Shown: positions 15,308 through 24,552, counted from the stretch's first letter. The stretch: DNA of 64,000 nucleotides from Candidatus Uhrbacteria bacterium (GCA_943359325.1 CALRHD010000004.1:5836-69835); one strand, 5' to 3'. A program made the numbers and translations. Notes: generated from the sequence alone by a model not told the origin.

Positions 15308-17476
15308 ATGCAAACACAGCGTTTTGCAATCGATTTTGGCGGAAAACCGCTTACGATTGAAGTTGGCAAATTCGCCAGCGCCGCCAACGGAAGCTGCACA
15401 GTGCAGTACGGAAACACCGTCGTGCTCGCCACGGCAGTGATTTCGAAAGACATTCGCCCTGGCATGGGATTCTTCCCGCTCATGGTCGATTTTGAAGAAA
15501 AACTCTACGCCGCAGGCCGTATTAAGGGTTCACGGTTTATTAAACGCGAAGGCCGACCGACAGACGAAGCCGTGCTCAACGCTCGCTTCATCGACCGCGC
15601 CATTCGCCCGCTTTTCGACCAACATATTCAAAATGACGTGCAAGTCATCGTCACCGTCCTCGCATTCGATGGCGAAAATGACGCCGACATTCCTGGCCTC
15701 ATTGGTGCGTCGTGTGCGCTCCACATGTCCGACATTCCGTGGAATGGCCCGATTGCCGCAGTGCGTGTGAACAACGTCGACGAAAAGCTGATCGTCAACG
15801 GAACGTATGCACAGCGTGATGCGAGCACATTCGACGTCGACGTTGCGGGAACGGCCGAGAAAGTCATCATGATGGAAGCAAGCGCAAAGGAAGCACCAGA
15901 GTCTGTGGTACTCGACGCAATTGTTTTCGGGCGCAGTCAGTTGCAGCCCGTGATTGATCTTATCGAAACCGTTCGTAAAACAGTCGGCAAAGAAAAACGT
16001 GATCTTCTCACACCGAAAACCGATGCAGAACGTGCGACCGCAGTACATCGTGCAGAAATTATCACAAAAGCGGAGAGCAAGATCACGCTGCTTGTTGACG
16101 AGCTCATGTTTGGCGCGCCAAAAGCAAGTAAAACAGAACGTGCAGTTGCAAAGGACGAAATGAAGAAACGACTTGTCGACGCACTGAAGGCAGAAGAAAT
16201 GTCCGATGACGATATCAAAATCGCAACAGGACGCATTGGTGACGTCATTGACCGCGAAGTGACGCGAATGATTTTGGACAAGGGTACGCGCGTTGACGGT
16301 CGCGGCATCGACGAAGTGCGGCCGCTTTCTGCAGAGGTTGGCGTGTTGCCATGCGTGCATGGTTCTGGGCTATTTATGCGCGGCGAAACGCAGGTGCTCT
16401 CTGTGGTGACACTCGGCGCGCCGGGCGACAAGCAGACACTCGACGGCATGGAAATTGTCGGAGAAAAACGCTACATGCACCACTACAATTTTCCACCATT
16501 CTCGGTTGGTGAGGCAAAACCACTTCGCGGTGCGGGACGCCGCGAAATTGGCCATGGTGCACTTGCAGAAAAGGCACTGGGCAACATGATTCCCCCGAAA
16601 GAGTCATTTCCATACGCAATTCGCGTTGTTTCTGAGGTATTCGGCAGCAATGGATCAAGTTCGATGGGTGCAACGTGTGGGAGTAGCTTGGCGCTCATGG
16701 ATGCAGGTGTGCAGATTGCAAACCCCGTTGCAGGCATTGCAATGGGTCTTGCGAGCGACGGAACACGTTATAAAGTCATTACCGACCTGCAGGATTTGGA
16801 AGACGGCGAGGGTGGCATGGACTTCAAAATTACGGGTACAGAAAATGGCATCACCGCTATTCAGCTCGACACGAAAACCGATGGACTTCCGCACGACGTT
16901 GTTGTTGAGACTATTACAAAAGGTCGCGTTGCACGCCTCACCGTGCTCGACGTTATGAAAAAAGCGATCGCTGCACCACGGCCAGAGCTGTCGCCAAACG
17001 CGCCACGGATTATTACCATCATGATCCACCCTGACAAAATTCGCGAAGTTATCGGCCCGGGTGGTAAAATGATTAACGAAATTATCGCAAAGACTGGTGT
17101 CACCACAATCGACATCGAGCAGGACGGACTCGTGATGATTACATCCAAAGATGGTGTGTCCGCAGAAGCGGCGAAGCAATGGGTCGCCAATCTCACACAC
17201 GACGTTGCTGCAGGCGATGTGTACGAAGGCGAGGTAGTGCGACTCATGGAGTTCGGTGCATTCGTGAACATTTTGCCCGGTAAAGACGGCCTTGTACATG
17301 TTTCCGAACTTGCACCATGGCGTGTCGAGAAAGTCACCGACATCGTGAAGCTCGGCGATAAAGTCAAAGTGAAGGTTATTGAAATCGACGACAAAGGTCG
17401 CACGAATCTTTCCATGAAACAGGCAGAGGGCAATGTGTATCCTGAACGCACGGGAAAACCAGCACCAAAAGCATAG
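15308..17476 (+). CDS. pnp: polyribonucleotide nucleotidyltransferase (PNPase)
   Basis: Two RNase PH-like domains, KH (IREVIGPGGKMINEI) and S1 (GDVYEGEVVRLMEFGAFVNIL) C-terminal domains. Start at the internal ATG (MQTQRFAIDFGGKPL). Confidence 0.95.
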   Translation: MQTQRFAIDFGGKPLTIEVGKFASAANGSCTVQYGNTVVLATAVISKDIRPGMGFFPLMVDFEEKLYAAGRIKGSRFIKREGRPTDEAVLNARFIDRAIRPLFDQHIQNDVQVIVTVLAFDGENDADIPGLIGASCALHMSDIPWNGPIAAVRVNNVDEKLIVNGTYAQRDASTFDVDVAGTAEKVIMMEASAKEAPESVVLDAIVFGRSQLQPVIDLIETVRKTVGKEKRDLLTPKTDAERATAVHRAEIITKAESKITLLVDELMFGAPKASKTERAVAKDEMKKRLVDALKAEEMSDDDIKIATGRIGDVIDREVTRMILDKGTRVDGRGIDEVRPLSAEVGVLPCVHGSGLFMRGETQVLSVVTLGAPGDKQTLDGMEIVGEKRYMHHYNFPPFSVGEAKPLRGAGRREIGHGALAEKALGNMIPPKESFPYAIRVVSEVFGSNGSSSMGATCGSSLALMDAGVQIANPVAGIAMGLASDGTRYKVITDLQDLEDGEGGMDFKITGTENGITAIQLDTKTDGLPHDVVVETITKGRVARLTVLDVMKKAIAAPRPELSPNAPRIITIMIHPDKIREVIGPGGKMINEIIAKTGVTTIDIEQDGLVMITSKDGVSAEAAKQWVANLTHDVAAGDVYEGEVVRLMEFGAFVNILPGKDGLVHVSELAPWRVEKVTDIVKLGDKVKVKVIEIDDKGRTNLSMKQAEGNVYPERTGKPAPKA

Positions 17477-17480
17477 GCAC

Positions 17481-18707
17481 ATGAACACGCCGCTCAACAT
17501 TCCACTGAACGCCGCCCCCGCAACCCGTCGTGATACACGTCGGGTTGTTTCGGTTGTGTGTGGCGTTATTATTGGCGTATTGCTCGGCGTATTGATCTTC
17601 CGTGCGCCGTTTGCCACAAGCACAACGCTTTCGCTTGCTCCACTTCACACCATCGCAACACTGCGTATCCTCAAAACGCACGCAACAGAACGTATCATCT
17701 CCACACATCTCGGCATTCAACCACTGTTCCCAGGAAGTGTGTTGACGTGGGCCGATGCAATGAGCGCTGCAAAGAGTGAAATTGCTGTCTATGTACTCGA
17801 AGATGGTTCTTTTGCCTTTGGTGTCGACGCACTATTACCGCAGGCTATCGCATCAAAAGCATCGGAATATGATCTTCACGTCCGAGAAATCGGAAATACG
17901 AGTCTCATCGGTTCAAAAAAAACCATATTCCCCACAACACCAAATGCAACACTCGTCGTTTCTTCACTCCTCCCGTGGCATCAGGGTGAAGTCGTCGAGA
18001 ATGGCCGTCGGCACAGTATTGCCGTCACCCGCAAAGGAATCACACTTCGTGGCAGTGGATTCGTTGCGGAGAAGGGCCGTGCAACTGTTCCGACTGGCTC
18101 ACATGTACGCGCTCACCTTTCGCTCCCTGCCGATGCAAACAGCATTCCCGAAGAACTCATACCCCTTGCCATTGCTCCACTCGGCAGTTTTCTCGATCAT
18201 TTTATCGAAAACGGTGGTGAGATCACTCTTTTTGACGATGCGAACAGCGAAGGGTTCTCTCTTACCACAAAAACAGGCGACATGACACAGGAAGACCTTG
18301 CCGCAGCAGGCAAAGATATTATAAACAGGCGACGTTTGTCTACGCGTGTGTTGACAAACGTCGACGGAACACGTTACTCGGAGATCTATAGCGACAGCAC
18401 AAACATTATCGTTGACATACGCGCAGAAGAAAACTTTAGCCTCATAACACTCACAGATGACACGGGGGCTACAATCCGCATGACACGGACACCGAGCACT
18501 ATTACCATCGCAAATAGTAAAATTAGCATTGAAAAAGGCGAGCAAATCTACTCTTCTTGCCTACGAAGTGCACACACATGGATGCAAACTTCACTCCTCA
18601 ACGACACACCGCTCGTTACCAACGAAAGCAGCGATGCACTTCTTGTGTTCACAAAAATGTTCTCCGAGGTCGCATTCAATGACCGCAACGCGCGCTTCTG
18701 TTGGTAA
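17481..18707 (+). CDS. hypothetical membrane-anchored protein
   Basis: 408 aa. N-terminal TM (VVSVVCGVIIGVLLGVLIF). No recognisable domain. Starts 5 nt after the pnp stop. Confidence 0.55.
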   Translation: MNTPLNIPLNAAPATRRDTRRVVSVVCGVIIGVLLGVLIFRAPFATSTTLSLAPLHTIATLRILKTHATERIISTHLGIQPLFPGSVLTWADAMSAAKSEIAVYVLEDGSFAFGVDALLPQAIASKASEYDLHVREIGNTSLIGSKKTIFPTTPNATLVVSSLLPWHQGEVVENGRRHSIAVTRKGITLRGSGFVAEKGRATVPTGSHVRAHLSLPADANSIPEELIPLAIAPLGSFLDHFIENGGEITLFDDANSEGFSLTTKTGDMTQEDLAAAGKDIINRRRLSTRVLTNVDGTRYSEIYSDSTNIIVDIRAEENFSLITLTDDTGATIRMTRTPSTITIANSKISIEKGEQIYSSCLRSAHTWMQTSLLNDTPLVTNESSDALLVFTKMFSEVAFNDRNARFCW

Positions 18708-18790
18708 CTATGTGGATAACATGAGTTTTCCACACAAGTTATCCACAGGCATACACCAAATTTATGCCAATATTTATCCACAGTTGAACA
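18708..18790. promoter_or_regulatory. cluster of four DnaA-box-like 9-mers (two perfect TTATCCACA, one perfect reverse TGTGGATAA, one TTTTCCACA), about 8.5 kb from dnaA
   Basis: tgtggataa...ttttccaca...ttatccaca...ttatccaca within 83 bp, read directly. Confidence 0.55.
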
Positions 18791-18831
18791 TCTACTCAAT
18801 GTTTGCAGGGCTTGCGTGCTGTTTACAATAG

Positions 18832-19200
18832 TTGTTCAGCAAACTATACTTATTACGTGATTCACTTCACACCTGTTCATTCCACAAATCCTACGAATCC
18901 CAAGAAGCAATTGGGACTGACATAGGGGAGGTTTCCGAAGCCCCCACGCACTGTGCTTCGGAGAACACCTCACTGCTGTACTCTTCAAGTGCACGGCGCC
19001 AGGGGGAACTCGGCTGAGCCGAAGCTGCACCACGCACGCGAGGAAACCCAAGTAAGGGTAGAGCAGGTCGTCAACGCAGTCGCTGTTGACGCCGAAGGGA
19101 CGTTGCGTCGCCTTGTTATGCACCGCATGACACGGCAACCCAACGCCCCAAACCGGTGTCCAAACACTGCCCATCTCGGGCGCAGACCATTCCGATCGAG
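18832..19200. ncRNA. GC-rich (about 60%) roughly 370-nt non-coding region with multiple hairpins; candidate structured RNA of unknown class
   Basis: No credible ORF on either strand (only W/C/R-rich short frames). Local GC is well above the flanks. Three GCCGAAG motifs and several inverted repeats (tccgaagc...gcttcgga, cggctgagccg, gtcaac...gttgac). Sits between the DnaA-box cluster and the dksA-like gene. Confidence 0.3.
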
Positions 19201-19329
19201 GAAAGGGATATATTCTATCCATCTTTCATTCTGGCTTCATTGCCTTACTCCTCCATCGCACGTCGGTTTGCGCCTTTTCTTTTTCCCACGATTTGCTATA
19301 GTGCGAAGACGATACATCTTTTTCCATAT

Positions 19330-19701
19330 ATGAACGCAAAACTTCTCAGGGAACTTCGCGCCATGCTGGACTCGGAACGCCTCAAACTCCAAAATGAGCT
19401 CGACAATATTGCACGCCGCGGAAAGTCTTCCGACGGTACTTTTGCGACAGACTTTCCGTCACACGGCGATAAAGAAGACGAAAATGCCGCGGAAGTAGCT
19501 GAGTTCAGCGACAACCTCTCATTGAGCAGCGAACTTGAGTCTGCCATGAAAGACATCGTTTCCGCCATAAAAGCAATGGAGAACGGCACTTACGGCAAAT
19601 GTAAATATTGCCAGCAGGTTATTGATGTACAACGCCTCATGGCACGCCCAACATCAACGTCGTGTATTGCATGTAAAAAGACCCTCACTCAGGAAGTATA
19701 G
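19330..19701 (+). CDS. DksA/TraR-family C4-type zinc-finger protein
   Basis: 123 aa. Coiled-coil N-terminus and C-terminal CKYCQQVI...17 aa...CIAC zinc finger. Confidence 0.7.
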   Translation: MNAKLLRELRAMLDSERLKLQNELDNIARRGKSSDGTFATDFPSHGDKEDENAAEVAEFSDNLSLSSELESAMKDIVSAIKAMENGTYGKCKYCQQVIDVQRLMARPTSTSCIACKKTLTQEV

Positions 19702-19702
19702 T

Positions 19703-20164
19703 GTGAAATTTTCATACGCCGTCTTCATATGTGTCACCGCGTTGGTCGTGGCGCTTGTCGACGGCGTTTTGAAATTCGCTGCTATCCGCACATTCCCAAG
19801 TGATAATACACCGCTCAATCCTATTTTTGATCTCGCGCTCCACAAAAACCCTGGCATTGTCTTTGATCTCAATATTCCGCTCTCAATCATCCTTCCTATC
19901 ACCGCCGTACTCTGCATTGCGCTCTTACACCAAGCCTGGACGCTTCAAAAAACCTCACCGCTCTCTGCTGCGTCGCTCGTCGTCATTGTCATTGGCGCAC
20001 TCGGCAATGCTGTCGACCGTATGGTCAATGGATTTACCACAGATTACCTCATATTTTTTCGCCTCACCGCAATCAACCTGTCAGATATCCTCATCCTCGC
20101 TGGTATCGTTTTATATTTCATCTATAATAAGGGGAGACTCCCCACGATAGGCGCAAATTTTTAA
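19703..20164 (+). CDS. lspA: lipoprotein signal peptidase (signal peptidase II)
   Basis: Four TM segments with conserved GNAVDR and DYLIFF motifs. GTG at 19703 was chosen, directly after the dksA stop. An alternative ATG at 19622 would overlap dksA by 80 nt. Confidence 0.75.
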   Translation: MKFSYAVFICVTALVVALVDGVLKFAAIRTFPSDNTPLNPIFDLALHKNPGIVFDLNIPLSIILPITAVLCIALLHQAWTLQKTSPLSAASLVVIVIGALGNAVDRMVNGFTTDYLIFFRLTAINLSDILILAGIVLYFIYNKGRLPTIGANF

Positions 20165-20182
20165 ATCACTCCCCGTACTAAT

Positions 20183-21715
20183 TTGTGTATGGGATCATTT
20201 TGCGTTTCCGCAGCAGCCGTTCTTGGGCTTTCTGCAAAAACTGTTACTGTAGAAGCAGACATTACATCGGGCTTGCCCAAATTCCTCGTTGTCGGACTCC
20301 CCGACACGGCGATTAATGAATCACGGGAGCGCGTGCGCGCGGCAATAAAAAACAGTGGGCTACCGTTTCCACGAACGCACATCACCGTAAACCTCGCGCC
20401 TGCAGACATTCGCAAACAAGGCCCTGCGTACGATCTTGCAATTGCCATAGCACTCTTGGCGTCGCACGGACACTTCGAAAATAGCGTACCACTCACACGT
20501 TACGTCTTTTTCGGCGAGCTTTCCCTCGACGGGAGGCTGCGCCCTGTGCGAGGCGCGCTCCTCGCCGCAATGATGGCGAAACGAGAAGGGTTTGCAGGAA
20601 TCATTGTCGCCGAAGAGAATGCAAACGAAGCCTCACTTGTCGAAGGTCTCGCGGTGTTCCACGCAAAAACATTACTTGAGGTGGTTACAGCATTTGTTGA
20701 CGGTACGGAACCCGCGCAATACATCCGCAAAGAAAAAGAGGACTCGGTACAGAGCTATGAACACGACTTTGCACACATCAGGGGTCAAGAAAATGTGAAG
20801 CGAGCGGTAGAAATTGCGGCAGCGGGCGGTCACAACATTCTTCTCTCGGGCTCACCGGGGTCAGGAAAAACAATGCTTGCACGTGCATTGCCATCTATCC
20901 TACCTGACCTTTCGTTCGAAGAGGCGCTCGAAGTCACCATGATTCACTCCGTAGCAGGCATTGTCGACACGCATGATGCGCTCGTGCACACCCGACCGTT
21001 CCGTTCACCGCATCATACAAGTTCTGGTATTGCGCTTGTGGGTGGCGGCACGTGGCCGCGCCCAGGAGAAATTTCGCTTGCACATCGCGGTGTGTTATTC
21101 CTTGATGAATTCCCCGAGTTCTCACGCAACGTCCTTGAAAATCTCCGTCAGCCCCTTGAAGACGGTGTAATAACCGTTGCGCGCGCTGCAGGGAGCTTGG
21201 AATTTCCCGCACGCTTCATGCTCATTGCTGCGATGAATCCATGCCCCTGCGGCTACCTTCACGACACCATTCGTCCCTGCGTCTGCACACCAAACCAGAT
21301 CATGAAGTACCAACAACGTATCTCCGGACCGCTCCTCGACCGCATTGACTTGGCGTGTGACGTTCCGCGTGTAGAATTTGAAAAACTCACCGGCACAACA
21401 GCAAGTGAGATGTCATGCGACATTCGCCTTCGCGTGCAGCAAGCGCGCGATCGCCAGCTTGCACGCAGCGGCGTCACAAAAACAAAAACAAATGCAGAAC
21501 TTCGTCCACCGCACCTTCTCACCGCGTGTCAGCTGAACGAAGAGTGTATGGCGCTGCTCCGCCAAGCCGTTGACCGCCTCGGCCTTTCCGCTCGCGCCTA
21601 CACGCGCGTCTTACGTGTTGCCCGAACAATCGCCGACTTGGCCGCAAGCAACGTCGTTCTCCTCGCTCACGTCGCCGAAGCGCTCCAATATCGCCCCCGT
21701 GTTGCCGCAGCGTAG
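20183..21715 (+). CDS. comM: YifB/ComM-family Mg-chelatase-like AAA+ ATPase
   Basis: Lon-like N-terminal domain, Walker A GSPGSGKTMLA, Mg-chelatase C-terminal region. 510 aa. Confidence 0.85.
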   Translation: MCMGSFCVSAAAVLGLSAKTVTVEADITSGLPKFLVVGLPDTAINESRERVRAAIKNSGLPFPRTHITVNLAPADIRKQGPAYDLAIAIALLASHGHFENSVPLTRYVFFGELSLDGRLRPVRGALLAAMMAKREGFAGIIVAEENANEASLVEGLAVFHAKTLLEVVTAFVDGTEPAQYIRKEKEDSVQSYEHDFAHIRGQENVKRAVEIAAAGGHNILLSGSPGSGKTMLARALPSILPDLSFEEALEVTMIHSVAGIVDTHDALVHTRPFRSPHHTSSGIALVGGGTWPRPGEISLAHRGVLFLDEFPEFSRNVLENLRQPLEDGVITVARAAGSLEFPARFMLIAAMNPCPCGYLHDTIRPCVCTPNQIMKYQQRISGPLLDRIDLACDVPRVEFEKLTGTTASEMSCDIRLRVQQARDRQLARSGVTKTKTNAELRPPHLLTACQLNEECMALLRQAVDRLGLSARAYTRVLRVARTIADLAASNVVLLAHVAEALQYRPRVAAA

Positions 21716-21727
21716 CAACAAAAATTC

Positions 21728-23059
21728 CTACCGAATATACTCAAGCGGATTTGAAAATTTTCCGTTCGCAATAACTTCGAAGTGGATGTGGGTGCCCGTT
21801 GATGTCCCTGTAGAACCACAACGGCCGATAGGTGTGCCTGCAGTAATTTGCTGGCCAGTTTGCACGTAGAGCGAATAGTGATGGCCGTAACGCGTCACCA
21901 AACCGTTTCCGTGATTGATTTCGACGACGTTGCCGTAACCGCGCTTCACCCCCGAAAACTGCACAATACCGTCGGCTGCGGCATAGTTATCGTTTGTGGA
22001 CGTGCCGTTGGCGTGACCGTTGCAGTCAATGTCCACACCCGTATGATACCAGCTCAAACCACGCACGATGTACGTCAAATCGGTCGGCCATACCATTTTG
22101 GTGCCGTTTGCGAGTTTTGGTGTTGATGTCGACGGCGTACCGCTAAAAATGCTCCCCACTGCACTCTTCCGGCTCACAGGTATTGGTGCCTTTATTTCGC
22201 CGCCCGGCACAATAACGCTCTGACTGACCTGCAGACCCTGCGCGTCGTCGATGTTGTTGTACGCAAGAATTTGATCCTCGGTGACACTATACTTTTTCGC
22301 GATCGCCGCAACGGTATCGCCGCGTTTGACGCTATGCACGACGCCAGAAACGGGAAGAATCTTCAACGACTGACCCGGTTTCACAATGGAACGCACAGAA
22401 AGACTGTTCGCCCAGAGAAGCGTATTCAAACTAATCCCATAGGACCCTGCGATCGTCGACAACGTATCGCCGTCTTTTACCGCATACTCCACAATCGCGT
22501 CACGCGGCGCAACACTCGCTCCGCTTTCGGAGATTGCAAGCGACGACAAACTCCCACCAACAACCGTCGCAGAAGATGCGTCAACGTCCTCGCCGCCTGC
22601 CGCAAGCGGAGCAGAAAGCACTCCTGCAGAAATGTACTTCACCGGCGTCGACTGCGTCACAACGTCGATATCAGCATATTCGTCGATAAGCTGCTCGGCA
22701 TTATTTGTGACCAAACCATACATAAGCGTCCGCTGGCCATATGTTTCCGCACGAACGTCAGCAAGCTGTAGATTGACCACACCTGCCGTCACCGCAATGC
22801 CAATAGCAACAACATGCAACATGTGGCGATTCGCCACCAGATACATAAGGCGGTTCTTCGCAGGGCGATACCAGTGCGAAAACCTACGGCGCACAGTGTA
22901 AAGAATGTGGTACGCGGGAATGACGATACGCGGCAGTGAAAAGCGCCAAACACCAAAAATCGGGCGAACGACCACACGGCCAACCACACGGCCGATCGCT
23001 TTTAGCCCCACGAGAGCACGAATGCCATGTAAACCTACGCGAACAAGGAGAGTTTTCAT
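21728..23059 (-). CDS. M23-family peptidase with two LysM domains
   Basis: LysM repeats (DGDTLSTIAGSYGISLNTLLWAN and KRGDTVAAIAKKYSVTEDQILAYNNI). M23 motifs (HTGVDID...HIHFEV). TM anchor MLHVVAIGIAVTAGVV. Start uncertain: ATG at 23059 (MKTLL) was used; an internal ATG at 22846 is possible. Confidence 0.75.
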   Translation of the reverse strand: MKTLLVRVGLHGIRALVGLKAIGRVVGRVVVRPIFGVWRFSLPRIVIPAYHILYTVRRRFSHWYRPAKNRLMYLVANRHMLHVVAIGIAVTAGVVNLQLADVRAETYGQRTLMYGLVTNNAEQLIDEYADIDVVTQSTPVKYISAGVLSAPLAAGGEDVDASSATVVGGSLSSLAISESGASVAPRDAIVEYAVKDGDTLSTIAGSYGISLNTLLWANSLSVRSIVKPGQSLKILPVSGVVHSVKRGDTVAAIAKKYSVTEDQILAYNNIDDAQGLQVSQSVIVPGGEIKAPIPVSRKSAVGSIFSGTPSTSTPKLANGTKMVWPTDLTYIVRGLSWYHTGVDIDCNGHANGTSTNDNYAAADGIVQFSGVKRGYGNVVEINHGNGLVTRYGHHYSLYVQTGQQITAGTPIGRCGSTGTSTGTHIHFEVIANGKFSNPLEYIR

Positions 23060-23125
23060 GCATCTCGCATTGTACGCCCAACGAGCGGCGTGGTCAAAAG
23101 AATTCTGGGCACAGAAAAATTTAAT

Positions 23126-23143
23126 TTGGCTAAAAATAGCCAA
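23126..23143. promoter_or_regulatory. palindromic motif TTGGCTA-aaaa-TAGCCAA in the divergent region between the M23 peptidase and tig genes
   Basis: Read directly. The same half-sites recur at 33032-33048 and 54717-54743. Confidence 0.45.
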
Positions 23144-23147
23144 AGAA

Positions 23148-23176
23148 TTGACATCAATTGTCAAGCTGCCTATACT
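23148..23176 (+). promoter_or_regulatory. consensus sigma70-like promoter TTGACA-17-TATACT for tig
   Basis: Perfect -35 and near-perfect -10 with a 17-nt spacer. ATG of tig at 23200. Confidence 0.65.
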
Positions 23177-23199
23177 CCTGCCATCACTTTTTTCCTCTT

Positions 23200-24489
23200 A
23201 TGTCCCATACTTTTGAAAAATTGTCCGAGAACAAAGTAAAAATCACCGTCACCATTCCTGCGGCGGCTGTTACCGACGCGTGCATCGAGGCAGCTGAACA
23301 CATGAGTAAGGAGATGTCGTTTCCGGGATTTCGTCCGGGACATGCGCCATACGACGTCGTCAAGCAAAAAGTCGGCGAGATGGCTATTTTAGAACACGCA
23401 GTCGAAGAACTCGTACGCGAAACGTTTGTCGAGGCAATGCTTGCCGAAGATTTAGAGACTGTTGGCCAGCCATATTTCACCATGAGCAAACTTGCTCCTG
23501 GGAATGACGTTGTGTACACCGCGGAAATTTCCCTCATGCCTGACATCACAAAACTCGCGGACTACACAACACTTTCTGTGTCACGAAAAGACATTGAACC
23601 AAAAGAGGAGCTTGTTGCGCAGGCCGCAAAAGATTTACTCCGCATGCAAACGCGTGAAATTCGTGCAACAAAAGACTACACGCTTGCAAAAGGCGATAAG
23701 GCGGTCGTGCATTTGCACATGAAAAAAGACGGCGTGACGCTCGAAGGCGGCGAAAGTCAAAATCATGGTGTCTACACAAACGAGGCGCACTATATTCCGG
23801 GGTTTGTCGACGAGATTGTTGGCATGAAAGAGGGCGAGGAACGCACATTCACACTGAAATTTCCAGACGAACATTACCAAAAACACATTGCAGGGCAGAG
23901 CGTTGACTTTGTCGTAAAACTCAATGAGATTTTCACGCTTGAGTCGCCAGTTATTGACGATGCGTTCGCGAAGTCGCTTGGGCTTGCCTCGGCAAGCGAT
24001 GTCAATATCAAACTCCGCGAAAATCTTCGTACGGAAAATGCAGCCGAAGAAGAACGACGCCTCGAAAAAGCGGTACTCGACGCCATTGCGGACAAATCGA
24101 CGTTCGACACCATTCCCGATCTGCTTGTAAATCAAGAAATAGAAAAGATGTTGCGCGAGCTCGAATACCACATTGAGCAGCAAGGTGGAGAATTCAAGCA
24201 ATACCTCACACACATCGGCAAAACTTTGCCTGAACTCAAGCTCGACTTTGCCGCACCTGCATTGCAACGCGTAAAAATCGGGCTCGTACTGCGCAAAATT
24301 CAACACGAACAAAAGATTACCGTCGACGCCGCAGCAGTAGATGCAGAACTCGACAAAATGGCGGCAACATTCAAGGAAACCGACGACGCCCGCAAGGAAA
24401 TCTACGAACCACAATATCGTGACTACATTGAACGCCAGCTCGTGAACCGGAAAACGATTGAGATGCTAAAAATGGCGATGGTGAAATAA
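23200..24489 (+). CDS. tig: trigger factor
   Basis: 430 aa. N-terminal ribosome-binding domain (MSHTFEKLSENKVKITVTIPAAAV), central PPIase region and C-terminal domain. Confidence 0.9.
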   Translation: MSHTFEKLSENKVKITVTIPAAAVTDACIEAAEHMSKEMSFPGFRPGHAPYDVVKQKVGEMAILEHAVEELVRETFVEAMLAEDLETVGQPYFTMSKLAPGNDVVYTAEISLMPDITKLADYTTLSVSRKDIEPKEELVAQAAKDLLRMQTREIRATKDYTLAKGDKAVVHLHMKKDGVTLEGGESQNHGVYTNEAHYIPGFVDEIVGMKEGEERTFTLKFPDEHYQKHIAGQSVDFVVKLNEIFTLESPVIDDAFAKSLGLASASDVNIKLRENLRTENAAEEERRLEKAVLDAIADKSTFDTIPDLLVNQEIEKMLRELEYHIEQQGGEFKQYLTHIGKTLPELKLDFAAPALQRVKIGLVLRKIQHEQKITVDAAAVDAELDKMAATFKETDDARKEIYEPQYRDYIERQLVNRKTIEMLKMAMVK

Positions 24490-24496
24490 CGACATG

Positions 24497-24533
24497 AAAA
24501 TCGGAGGTCACAAATTGTGACCTCCGATTTTTT
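24497..24533. terminator. rho-independent terminator: 14-bp perfect inverted repeat ATCGGAGGTCACAA/TTGTGACCTCCGAT followed by TTTTTT
   Basis: Read directly after the tig stop. Confidence 0.8.
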
Positions 24534-24552
24534 AGTGGTAAACTTGCGCTAT

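Noticed and set aside
15530-17623. Long minus-strand ORFs (276 aa, 322 aa, 196 aa) inside pnp
   Set aside because: Antisense to a highly conserved PNPase frame. Cys/His/Arg-rich composition. No RBS.
18832-19200. Identification of the GC-rich region specifically as RNase P RNA, tmRNA or SRP RNA
   Set aside because: Searched both strands for P4 helix signatures (GGAAAGUCCGGGC, ACAGAAnCCGGCUUA), a tRNA-like acceptor/T-arm (GGUUCGA...CCA) and the SRP domain IV motif. None present. Class left open.
23635-24414. 259-aa minus-strand ORF inside tig
   Set aside because: Antisense to trigger factor. Phe/Cys/Arg-rich, an implausible protein.
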